48,413 nt of DNA, from the NCBI GenBank assembly GCA_964247465.1, contig CAXTUT010000001.1, positions 1 through 48,413 on the forward strand. Reading direction: 5' to 3'. The translations under genes and the position numbers were made by a program. Under the pieces are notes generated by a model that was given only the letters and a program-made list of their open reading frames with translations, had not been told where the DNA came from and searched no databases. Positions 11,117 to 19,408 of the stretch are shown here, piece after piece. Source of the stretch: an uncultured Caulobacteraceae bacterium (GTDB lineage Bacteria; Pseudomonadota; Alphaproteobacteria; Caulobacterales; Caulobacteraceae). Numbering within the stretch: the first letter of the stretch is position 1; each line of letters starts with the position of its first letter.

Positions 11117-12148
11117 ATGGACTATCGTCGCCTCGGCGCATCCGGTTTTTATGTCCCGGCGCTCAGCTTCGGCACCGGCACCTTCGGCGGCAAGGGAGAG
11201 TTCTTCCAGGCCTGGGGTTCGACCGACGTCGACGAGGCGCGCCGGCTGGTGGACATCTGCCTGGATGCGGGCGTCACCATGTTCGACAGCGCCGACATGT
11301 ATTCGGGCGGCGCGGCGGAAGAAATCCTGGGCGAAGCGCTGAAGCGGCGTCCCCGCGACCAGGTGATCATCTCCACCAAGGCCAGCTTCCGCGTCGGCGA
11401 AGGCTCCAATGCGGTGGGCTCGTCGCGCTACCACCTCGTCGCGGCGGTGGAGCGGGCGCTAAAGCGGCTGCAGACCGACCACATCGACCTGTTCCAGCTG
11501 CACGGGTTCGACGCCATGACCCCGCCGGAAGAGGTGCTGGCCACCCTTGACCAGCTCGTGCGGGAGGGGAAGATCCGCTACACGGGCGTGTCGAACTTCT
11601 CGGGCTGGCACCTGATGAAATCCCAGGCGGTGGCCGATCGATACGGCTATCCCCGCTACGTCGCCAACCAGACCTACTATTCGCTTATCGGGCGGGAATA
11701 CGAACACGAGCTGATGCCGCTAGGGCTGGACCAGGGCGTGGGGGCGGTGGTCTGGAGCCCACTCGGATGGGGCCGGCTCACCGGCAAGATCCGGCGCGGT
11801 CAGCCGCTGCCGCAGACCAGCCGCCTGCATAAGACCGCCGATGCCGGACCACCGCTCGACGACGACTATGTCTACAAGGTGGTTGACGCGCTGGACGCGG
11901 TGGCCGCCGAAGTCGGGCGCAGCGTCGCCCAGGTCGCGCTGAACTGGCTGCTGCAGCGCCCCACCGTGTCTTCGGTCATCATCGGCGCGCGCACCGAAGC
12001 GCAGCTGCGCGATAATCTGGCGGCGGTCGGCTGGACGCTGACGGCGGAGCAGGTCGCCCGCCTCGACACGGCGAGCGCGAAGCCGCCAGCTTACCCCTAC
12101 TGGCACCAGGCGGGGTTTGCGGAGCGCAATCCGTCTCCGGTCGCATGA
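11117..12148 (+). CDS. Aldo/keto reductase
   Basis: FDSADMYS, ISTK, DHIDLFQLHGFD, GVSNFSGW, WSPLGWG, IIGART; AAGGAGG RBS. Confidence 0.94.
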   Translation: MDYRRLGASGFYVPALSFGTGTFGGKGEFFQAWGSTDVDEARRLVDICLDAGVTMFDSADMYSGGAAEEILGEALKRRPRDQVIISTKASFRVGEGSNAVGSSRYHLVAAVERALKRLQTDHIDLFQLHGFDAMTPPEEVLATLDQLVREGKIRYTGVSNFSGWHLMKSQAVADRYGYPRYVANQTYYSLIGREYEHELMPLGLDQGVGAVVWSPLGWGRLTGKIRRGQPLPQTSRLHKTADAGPPLDDDYVYKVVDALDAVAAEVGRSVAQVALNWLLQRPTVSSVIIGARTEAQLRDNLAAVGWTLTAEQVARLDTASAKPPAYPYWHQAGFAERNPSPVA

Positions 12149-12295
12149 CGTGAGCGCTGGCGTCCACGCCCGCCAAGGCCGCGTCACGATGTGGCCGAAC
12201 TAAGACACCGTCTCGCGCCGTCGCGTCGCGTACGCGCTGATCGCCCCTCCCTGCTTGACCTATGCGACAACCGCTGGACAGTTGACCCAACAATA

Positions 12296-14242
12296 ATGTC
12301 GGGGGGTGCTGCTTTGATCCGGATGCTCATGGCCGCGAGCGCGCTTGCAAGCGCGATGGCCGCGACGGCCGACGCCGCAACCTCGCCGAGCCCCTTTTCC
12401 GGCGAGACCGTGTTCGGCGACAGCCTGAGCGATTCGGGCAACATCTCTATCGTGGAGGGCCTGCCGCAGATCATGCGGTTCACGACCAACCCGGGCTTCA
12501 CAGCGGTGGAGGACCTTGGCAACTTCTTCGGACTGGCGACCAACCCTTCGCTGCGGGGCGGCACCGACTTCGCCTTCGGGGGCGCGGGCGTGAACACCGA
12601 TTCGCCCGGCACACCGTCCAGCATCCCTACCGAGACCCAGCAGATCACCGCCTATCTCGCCGCCAATCCGCAGCTCAGCGGCAGCGAACTCTACACCGTG
12701 TTCGGCGGCGCAAACGACATCTTCTACCACGGGACTGCGGTGGCGGCCGGCCAGTTCGCCCAGAACCTGGGGCTCTCCGCCAGCGCCGCCCTAGCCATCG
12801 CCCAGTCCCAAGGCGTCGCCGCACCCGAAACGGCCGCGCAGGCGTTGAGCGCCATCCAGTCCGCCGCCGGTCAGGAAGTCACCCTAATCAGCAACCTGCA
12901 GAAAGCCGGCGCACGCTACATCGTCGTCTTCAACCTGCCCAACACGAGCCTCACGCCGTCGGCTGCGGCCGGCGAACGGCTGGTCCCAGGCACGATCGCT
13001 GAGCAGTCGGTCTTGTCGAACAGCTTCAACGCAGTGCTGAACACCGGCCTGTCCAACGCCAAGATCGGCATCATCCCGGTCAACACCTTCGCCCTGTTCA
13101 ACGAGGTGCTGGCCAATCCCTCAGCCTTCGGCATCCTAAACACCACCACACCCGCCTGCGCCACCGCCAGCTCCCTGAACTGTACGCCGCAAACGCTGGT
13201 GCCGGGCGCCACGCCGAGCACCTACCTGTTCGCCGACGGGGTGCATCCCACCACCAACACCCACGCCCTGTTCGCGCAGGTGGTGGAGAGCGAGATCATG
13301 GCGCCCCAGCAGGTCTCGCTGCTGGCGGAGGAGCCGCTGGCGACCTTGGAAGCGGAACGCAACGCGGTCGGCGCGCAGCTGCTGGCGGACCAGCAGGACC
13401 CCTCCCCCGGCGTGCACCTGTTCGCCAGCGGCGGCTATGTCGGCCAGCACCTCTCCAGCCAGCGCTACACCCCCTCCGCCCACGACGACGACGGCCTGAT
13501 CACCGCAGGCGTCGACTTCCGGCTGAACCCGCAGACCAATATCGGGGGCGAGCTGAGCGGAGGCACGGCGAGTGAGGACCTGAACGGCCAGCTTCGCCAC
13601 TTCCAGACCGACAGCCTCTCCGGCTCCATCTTCGGACAATACGTGAGAGGGGCCGCCTACGTGAGCGGCTTAGCGAGCTACGGCGACTTGAGCGTTCACG
13701 ACATCCAGCGCCTATTCAAGATCGGCCCGGCGACGCGAGTGGAGAACGCCGACGTGGATGGCGAGACGTCTTCCGCCAGCTTCACCACCGGCTACTGGTT
13801 TGGTGCGCCTACCCTGCGCGTGGGTCCCTTCGTCACCGGCGCGTACGAGCGCGTCCACCTCGACTCGTACGCCGAGCGGGGGCAGGACAGCACCGCCATG
13901 ACCTTCGGCGCGCAGACCCGTGAGTCGCTCATCGGCGAAGGTGGCGCGCGGGTGCAGGGCGCTGTCGCGTTCCGCGGTATCCTGCTGCGTCCCTACGCCG
14001 AGATCGCCTACGCCTATGACGGCGACGCGCGCACCCGCGACGTCGTGGCGGGGCTGAAGACGCTGGCCGGTGAGTTCGCCATACCGGGCTACTCCGCCGA
14101 CCGGCAATGGGGCGAGGGCCAAGCCGGCGTGAACGCGGCCTTCACGGCCCATTGGAGCGGCTTCGTGGCCTACCAGGGTCGTTTCGCCAGCGCGTCGAGC
14201 AACTACGACGGCGCCCAGGTGGGCGTGCGGTACGCGTTCTGA
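12296..14242 (+). CDS. GDSL/SGNH esterase autotransporter (EstA-like)
   Basis: Signal-like N-terminus, block I FGDSLSDSGN, block III GGAND, block V FADGVHPT, C-terminal amphipathic beta strands ending VGVRYAF; start uncertain (12296-12329). Confidence 0.88.
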   Translation: MSGGAALIRMLMAASALASAMAATADAATSPSPFSGETVFGDSLSDSGNISIVEGLPQIMRFTTNPGFTAVEDLGNFFGLATNPSLRGGTDFAFGGAGVNTDSPGTPSSIPTETQQITAYLAANPQLSGSELYTVFGGANDIFYHGTAVAAGQFAQNLGLSASAALAIAQSQGVAAPETAAQALSAIQSAAGQEVTLISNLQKAGARYIVVFNLPNTSLTPSAAAGERLVPGTIAEQSVLSNSFNAVLNTGLSNAKIGIIPVNTFALFNEVLANPSAFGILNTTTPACATASSLNCTPQTLVPGATPSTYLFADGVHPTTNTHALFAQVVESEIMAPQQVSLLAEEPLATLEAERNAVGAQLLADQQDPSPGVHLFASGGYVGQHLSSQRYTPSAHDDDGLITAGVDFRLNPQTNIGGELSGGTASEDLNGQLRHFQTDSLSGSIFGQYVRGAAYVSGLASYGDLSVHDIQRLFKIGPATRVENADVDGETSSASFTTGYWFGAPTLRVGPFVTGAYERVHLDSYAERGQDSTAMTFGAQTRESLIGEGGARVQGAVAFRGILLRPYAEIAYAYDGDARTRDVVAGLKTLAGEFAIPGYSADRQWGEGQAGVNAAFTAHWSGFVAYQGRFASASSNYDGAQVGVRYAF

Positions 14243-14335
14243 AGCGGAGGGGCGGTCGCTCGGGAAGCGACTGGCGGACGGCTTGTTTTCGCCCATCTGA
14301 TGACGCTAGATTTGAGCGTCCTCGGAGCCTGCGTG

Positions 14336-15256
14336 ATGAAGCCCGAATATCCCGGCCAGTTCGCCGACGGACCCGAGCGTCCAGCCATCCCGCCCTATCC
14401 TGCGCCGATCCGGCTCGGCAGCGAGGCGCATAAGGCGCTGTTCTGCTCGGCGCTGCTCGACACGTTCAATCCCTACAAGCCGGCGGTGATCGAATGGCCC
14501 AGGCTCGAGGGCGAGGCTCTGCAACGGGTCACCGGCCTGCCGATCTGGGACATCGCGGTACAGACCGAAAATCGCGCGGGCTTGCGCATGATGGCCTATG
14601 CCGAGCAGGTCCGCGACCCACTGGTGCGCCAAGCTCTGGAGTTGAACGGGTTTGAGGAGCGTCGGCACCGCCACGTGCTCTCCAGCCTCGTGGAGGCCTA
14701 CGGCATCACCCTGAAGCCGGAGGACGAGGTCAAGCCGCCCAAGGATGCGGAATGGGCCTACATGGTCACCGGCTTTTCCGAATGCGTCGACAGCTTCTTC
14801 GCCTTTGGCCTCTTTGAGGCCGCGCGCCGCTCCGGTTTCTTCCCGCCCGAGCTGGTCGATACGTTCGAGCCCGTCGTGCATGAAGAGGCGCGCCACATCC
14901 TGTTCTTCGTCAACTGGGTGGCGTGGTGGCGGCGCAAGATGCCGCTCTGGCGGCGGCCCTTTTTCGACCTGAAGGTCATGGCGGTGTGGGTGTTCCTGGC
15001 CTGGGAACGCATGGGCATGGCCAAGGATGTGGGCACCGCGGAGGAGACCAACTTCACCGTGGCCGGCGGCGACGCGGTCGCGGAAATCGACGTGCCCGGC
15101 CTCATGGACCTCTGCCTGGCCGAGAACGACCGTCGCCTGGGCGCCTATGACCTGCGTCTGATGCGGCCGACCTTCTTCCCTCGCCTGGTCCGTCTCGCCC
15201 GGCCCTTCCTCGGCAAATCACGTGAGCGCGAGGCCGCCCTGGCGGCGGGGACCTAG
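14336..15256 (+). CDS. Ferritin-like di-iron carboxylate protein of unknown function
   Basis: Two ExxH motifs (FEERRH, HEEARH), each preceded by an acidic helix (VQTE, FSECVD); start re-called to ATG 14336 behind GGAG. Confidence 0.75.
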   Translation: MKPEYPGQFADGPERPAIPPYPAPIRLGSEAHKALFCSALLDTFNPYKPAVIEWPRLEGEALQRVTGLPIWDIAVQTENRAGLRMMAYAEQVRDPLVRQALELNGFEERRHRHVLSSLVEAYGITLKPEDEVKPPKDAEWAYMVTGFSECVDSFFAFGLFEAARRSGFFPPELVDTFEPVVHEEARHILFFVNWVAWWRRKMPLWRRPFFDLKVMAVWVFLAWERMGMAKDVGTAEETNFTVAGGDAVAEIDVPGLMDLCLAENDRRLGAYDLRLMRPTFFPRLVRLARPFLGKSREREAALAAGT

Positions 15257-15334
15257 CTTGTCCTTGGATCGGCGGCCAGTCGGGCCGGGGCCGTCGGCCC
15301 TCTTCGGCAGACGAAACGCGAGACATTCAATCTG

Positions 15335-15553
15335 ATGGGCGGCCCCTGGTCTGACCTGCCGCCTGCGGAACCGCCTGAGCGGAACGGCCGCGCCCGGTGG
15401 AAGCCCGTGCGTCGTCAGGGCTCGCGCCGCGAGCCGTTCGTCAATAATTGGCGCGGTGTTCTCATCGTCGTCTTCCTGCTGTTCGTCGCGCCGATCCTGG
15501 CGAACTGGCTCAGCCACGTCATCATGGGGTTCGTCTCGCACGGCGGCGCGTGA
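15335..15553 (+). CDS. Small membrane protein, hypothetical
   Basis: 72-aa ORF, Pro/Arg-rich N-terminus then hydrophobic GVLIVVFLLFVAPILANWL. Confidence 0.6.
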   Translation: MGGPWSDLPPAEPPERNGRARWKPVRRQGSRREPFVNNWRGVLIVVFLLFVAPILANWLSHVIMGFVSHGGA

Positions 15554-15592
15554 GCGTCGGCTCCACAGCCGCTGACGTGAGGCCCCGGCGCT

Positions 15593-15862
15593 TCAGGCCT
15601 TCTCCTCGCCTTCAGCAGGCGCGCCCTCAAGCACGGCGAAGGCTTCGCTGAAGCGCTTGAGCGCCTTCACCGACGCCTGCACCCGCGTCCCTGCGCCGGC
15701 CGCGTCTCCGCGTGCGGCCGTCAAGACCGCCAGATTGGTGCTGGCCAGCGCATCGGCGAGCGCTTGCAGGCACCCTTTGAGCGCCGCGAGGTCTTCGGCG
15801 TCGGCCGCGTCTTCACCCTCGGGTTCATCGTCTTCGGCCAGGAAATCGGAGAGATCGACCAA
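15593..15862 (-). CDS. Small acidic hypothetical protein
   Basis: TTG start behind GGAGG; acidic N-terminus and Ala/Leu-rich helical remainder; GC-type codon use. Confidence 0.65.
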   Translation of the reverse strand: MVDLSDFLAEDDEPEGEDAADAEDLAALKGCLQALADALASTNLAVLTAARGDAAGAGTRVQASVKALKRFSEAFAVLEGAPAEGEEKA

Positions 15863-15931
15863 GGCTGGCCTCCACTGAAGGGCGTCGCCGCCGCTGCGAC
15901 GGTGTAGCCCGCCCCCCCGCCAGAACGCGAC

Positions 15932-18742
15932 TCACGCCCGCGCGAGGTCGGCCGTCAGCAGGCGCGTCTTCATCGCCGCCACCCAGTGCGAGAAGGGGTC
16001 GCTCACCGACGTGGCCTGGAGCTGGGCGACGCCGCCGGCGCCTTGAACCCCAGCCAGCGCGACCTTCAGCATGTCCGGCTCCCGGGCGGCGTTGGCCAGC
16101 TTGGCGTAGCGGGTGCGCAGGCGCGCGAGCCCCGCATCGTCGCCCGCCAGGCTGTAGGCGATGGCTGAGCGCAGGAGCTCCGACTGCTCGGGATCGCTGA
16201 GCGGCGTGGCGGACTTGAACCGCTCGCCTAGCGCGACTTCGAGCAGCTTGCCCGCCTGCGGCCAGTCGTGCTTGGCCCACATCACGTCCGCCCGCGCGGC
16301 CGTGGCGTCCGACGAACGATCCTCGTCCAGGATTTCCAGGGCGTCGTCGTAGCGACCGAGGGCGCTCAGCGCGCGGGACTGGATCACCCGGCGCTGCGAC
16401 TGTAGCGCGGTCGGCAGCAGGGTGTTTCGCGAAGCGTTCAGAGCGTCCAGGGCCGCCTCGGGTTGATGGTTCATGACCTGGATCAGCGCCAAGTCGGTGT
16501 CGACCTGGGCTCGGGCCACGCCGTCGAGCCGGTTGTCCGCCTGGTACTTCAGCAGCTGGGCGGCCTGGTCGAGCAGGTCAACGTCCACCAGGCGCCGCGC
16601 CAGCTTGCGCACCATGGCGTCGCCGTCCGACCCGACCGGCGTCAGGTCCTTGAAGTCGAAGAACAGGCCGAGCGCTTGGATCGGCGGCAGGCCGTCAGCC
16701 CCGCCACCCAGGAACAAGCTGCTGAAGTCGCTGCTCAGATCGCCCTGCACGGCGGCCGCGGCCGCGAGGTCCGGAGAGCCTGTGTTGGAGCTCCGCAGCG
16801 TCTCCAGCGCCTCCCGGTAGCGCCCTTGCGAGACCAGCAGCCGACCGAGCGCGCGTGCGGCCTCAAGCTCGGTGGCGTCGCCGCGCCAACGGAAGCGGAT
16901 GGAGGCGAGGGTCTCGGCTTCGGCGCTCGGGTTGATACGGCCTTGCGCCTGCTGCAGCTCGGTGGCGTAGAGCAGCGCCGGCGTAGAGACGCCGCCGTCA
17001 GCGCTGGCCTGCGCCGTGGCGTAGAAGGCCTGAGCCTGGTCGTTATGGCCGCTTGCCTGGGCCAGCCTGCCGAGGGCGAGTTGCAGGCGATCGTTGTCGA
17101 TCCCGCTCGGGCGGTGGGCGACAGCCGACCGCAGGGCCTGGTTCGCGGCCGCCAGGTCGCCGCTCGCCAGCGCCGCCTCTCCTTGCGCCGTCAGGAAGCG
17201 GGCTCGCCACGCGGGCGCCACCTGGCCGAGCACGCTTTGGCCTGCGGCGAAGGCTTGGCGCGCGCCGGCGCTATCGCCGAGTCTCGCCGCCACGTAGCCG
17301 CGCCACAGGGCGCTGGAGGGGTCATCGAAAAGCGTGGGCGAGGAGAAGTCGGCCTGGGCGTCCTTGTAGCGGCCCGCCATGGCGCGTGCGGCCCCGCGCA
17401 GTCCACGAAACTCCGCGGTAGCGACGATGGCGGGATTGGTCTTGGCCAGCAGGTTCAGCACACCTATGGCCTCGAACGACAGCTCCGAACCCACCAGGAA
17501 ACGGGCGAGGCCAAACCTCGCCTGAGTGCTCGCATCCTTCCCGCGCGCGCCCTCCTCCGACGCGCCCTGCACCAGGGCGTTGTAGCGGGCCAGGAAGCCT
17601 GCGGGCCCAGGATTGGCCCATGCGGCGAAGTCGATCAGCGCCGGGTATGCAGCAGGCTGAGGCAGGTCGGCGGACGCCGATACGCGCACTGCGGCGTGTG
17701 CATCGGTGGAGATGTCCAGCCCGCTCGGCCGCGTCACGCGCACGATGTCGCCATCGCTCGCCACGGCGAGGTCCTGAGCCCGTGGCGCGAGCGCCAGGCC
17801 CTGCGCCGACGCATAGATGTCCGCGTCCACGAGCTGGCGCGCCATGACCACGCCCTTGGGTGGGCCGAGCGCCGTCACCACCGCCAGCCGATCGCCCACG
17901 GCGGGGTCGTCGATCCAGAAGACGCCGCTGGCGCCGGCCATCTGCGCGCTCAGGCCGTCACCGTCGGCTTTCAAGGCCACCGCGCTTGACGGCGGCTGGG
18001 CGATCGGTCCCAAGGTGATCGTCCAAGACGCCCCCTGCACGCTCGCGCTGGCTAAAACGCCGGGCGGAGCGACGAGGCGCAGGGCTGTCGCGTCGCGGGT
18101 CGGCACGGCCGTGATCCGATGAGCCTGCGGAAGGCTGTCGGGCGCCTCCGACAGGTCCAGCGACGCCTTGGCGTCGAAGACGATCCAGACCGCCTCACCG
18201 CGCCGGAAGACCGCCGCGCCGACCGGCGCGCGCCAGTCGAAGCGGAGTTTCAACGACCCGTGGTCCAGGGCCGCATGCATCTTGACCACACCCGACGCGG
18301 GCGTCGGATCGGACTTGCGCGCCGGCGGCTGGTCAGGCGGCGCGGGCGTGCTCGCACCGGGATAGAGATTGACGTAGGCCCCGCCGTCCGCCCGTCCCAG
18401 CTTGGCTTCAACGCCCTGAGCCAGCGTCAGGCGCAGCTCCGCGCCCGCGGCGGTCTGGCGGGTGGATGCTGTGGTCAGATAGCGCGGCGGGTCTACCCGG
18501 AGTAGCGACAGATTCGGCGGGGTCGCCGCACCAAACTGCAGCACGAGGTCGTCGCCCTCGCGCCGTACGGAGCGCGGCTGAAGCCCATCGAACTCGATGT
18601 GGGAGAAGGCGTCCGCCTGGCCCACTTTGACCAGTATCGCCGACGGCGCGTCCTGGGCCAGCGCGACCTCAGGCGCACCCCCGCCTGACCCCAGCGCAAG
18701 GCTTGCGGTCGCGGCAAGGCTGATCGCGGGACGTGGACGCAT
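15932..18742 (-). CDS. Large exported TPR-like repeat protein
   Basis: Signal-peptide-like MRPRPAISLAATASLALG, beta-rich N-terminal modules, long Ala/Leu helical repeats (ALGRYDDALEIL, QGRYREALETL), motif IRFRWRGD; start re-called to ATG 18742. Confidence 0.75.
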   Translation of the reverse strand: MRPRPAISLAATASLALGSGGGAPEVALAQDAPSAILVKVGQADAFSHIEFDGLQPRSVRREGDDLVLQFGAATPPNLSLLRVDPPRYLTTASTRQTAAGAELRLTLAQGVEAKLGRADGGAYVNLYPGASTPAPPDQPPARKSDPTPASGVVKMHAALDHGSLKLRFDWRAPVGAAVFRRGEAVWIVFDAKASLDLSEAPDSLPQAHRITAVPTRDATALRLVAPPGVLASASVQGASWTITLGPIAQPPSSAVALKADGDGLSAQMAGASGVFWIDDPAVGDRLAVVTALGPPKGVVMARQLVDADIYASAQGLALAPRAQDLAVASDGDIVRVTRPSGLDISTDAHAAVRVSASADLPQPAAYPALIDFAAWANPGPAGFLARYNALVQGASEEGARGKDASTQARFGLARFLVGSELSFEAIGVLNLLAKTNPAIVATAEFRGLRGAARAMAGRYKDAQADFSSPTLFDDPSSALWRGYVAARLGDSAGARQAFAAGQSVLGQVAPAWRARFLTAQGEAALASGDLAAANQALRSAVAHRPSGIDNDRLQLALGRLAQASGHNDQAQAFYATAQASADGGVSTPALLYATELQQAQGRINPSAEAETLASIRFRWRGDATELEAARALGRLLVSQGRYREALETLRSSNTGSPDLAAAAAVQGDLSSDFSSLFLGGGADGLPPIQALGLFFDFKDLTPVGSDGDAMVRKLARRLVDVDLLDQAAQLLKYQADNRLDGVARAQVDTDLALIQVMNHQPEAALDALNASRNTLLPTALQSQRRVIQSRALSALGRYDDALEILDEDRSSDATAARADVMWAKHDWPQAGKLLEVALGERFKSATPLSDPEQSELLRSAIAYSLAGDDAGLARLRTRYAKLANAAREPDMLKVALAGVQGAGGVAQLQATSVSDPFSHWVAAMKTRLLTADLARA

Positions 18743-18931
18743 GAAGGCTGGGACGCTCCTGTGGATGCATCGCCGAGCCTGGCGCCGTCGCACCTTCAGC
18801 GCAGTTAACGGCGTCTGATCTGAGCGGTTTTCTACTGCGGCGTGACCAGACCTCGCTTCACCAGATATGTGAGTAGGTGCATCCGTCAGGGGCAACATGC
18901 GTTACCCGTCCGGACAACCGAAGCAAGGACT

Positions 18932-19393
18932 ATGACCTCTTCATCCTTTCGGGCCTTCATCGTGATCGCCTCCGCACTCGCTATGAGCGGAGCCGCATCC
19001 GCGCAGCCTTTCGGGGCGACGACGGACGTCGTGGCCTCTCAGCCCTCGCCGGACACGTCGCGCGAATCCCCGGGCGTGCCGGGACCCGACGCTGTGAACC
19101 CTGCTCCGGGCGCCAGGGGCCCCTACATCGGCGCGGGCCCGACGGGCTTCTACGACGTGGATGCACGCATCGCCGCCATAGCTGGACGTATAGGCCAAAT
19201 GCCCGCTCGTCAGCGCTCTGGCGCCAAAGATCAGATCCGCGAGATTCGCGGTGAGGAGGCGACACAACGCGCCCGTCACGGCGACCTGCGCGATTGGGAT
19301 CGCGAAAACCTCAACGCCAAGCTCGACAAACTCGTCGCACGCTATCCAGTGCTTAGCAGCCAGGACGGACCGACCGCGCCCGCCAATCAATAG
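18932..19393 (+). CDS. Secreted hypothetical protein
   Basis: AAGGA RBS, signal peptide ending AASA-Q, Pro/Gly-rich linker, charged helical C-terminal domain. Confidence 0.7.
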   Translation: MTSSSFRAFIVIASALAMSGAASAQPFGATTDVVASQPSPDTSRESPGVPGPDAVNPAPGARGPYIGAGPTGFYDVDARIAAIAGRIGQMPARQRSGAKDQIREIRGEEATQRARHGDLRDWDRENLNAKLDKLVARYPVLSSQDGPTAPANQ

Positions 19394-19408
19394 ACGCGGC
19401 CATACGGA

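Noticed and set aside
10010-19400. Genomic island integrated at tRNA-Val
   Set aside because: No integrase, no duplicated tRNA 3' end noticed, and no clear GC shift.
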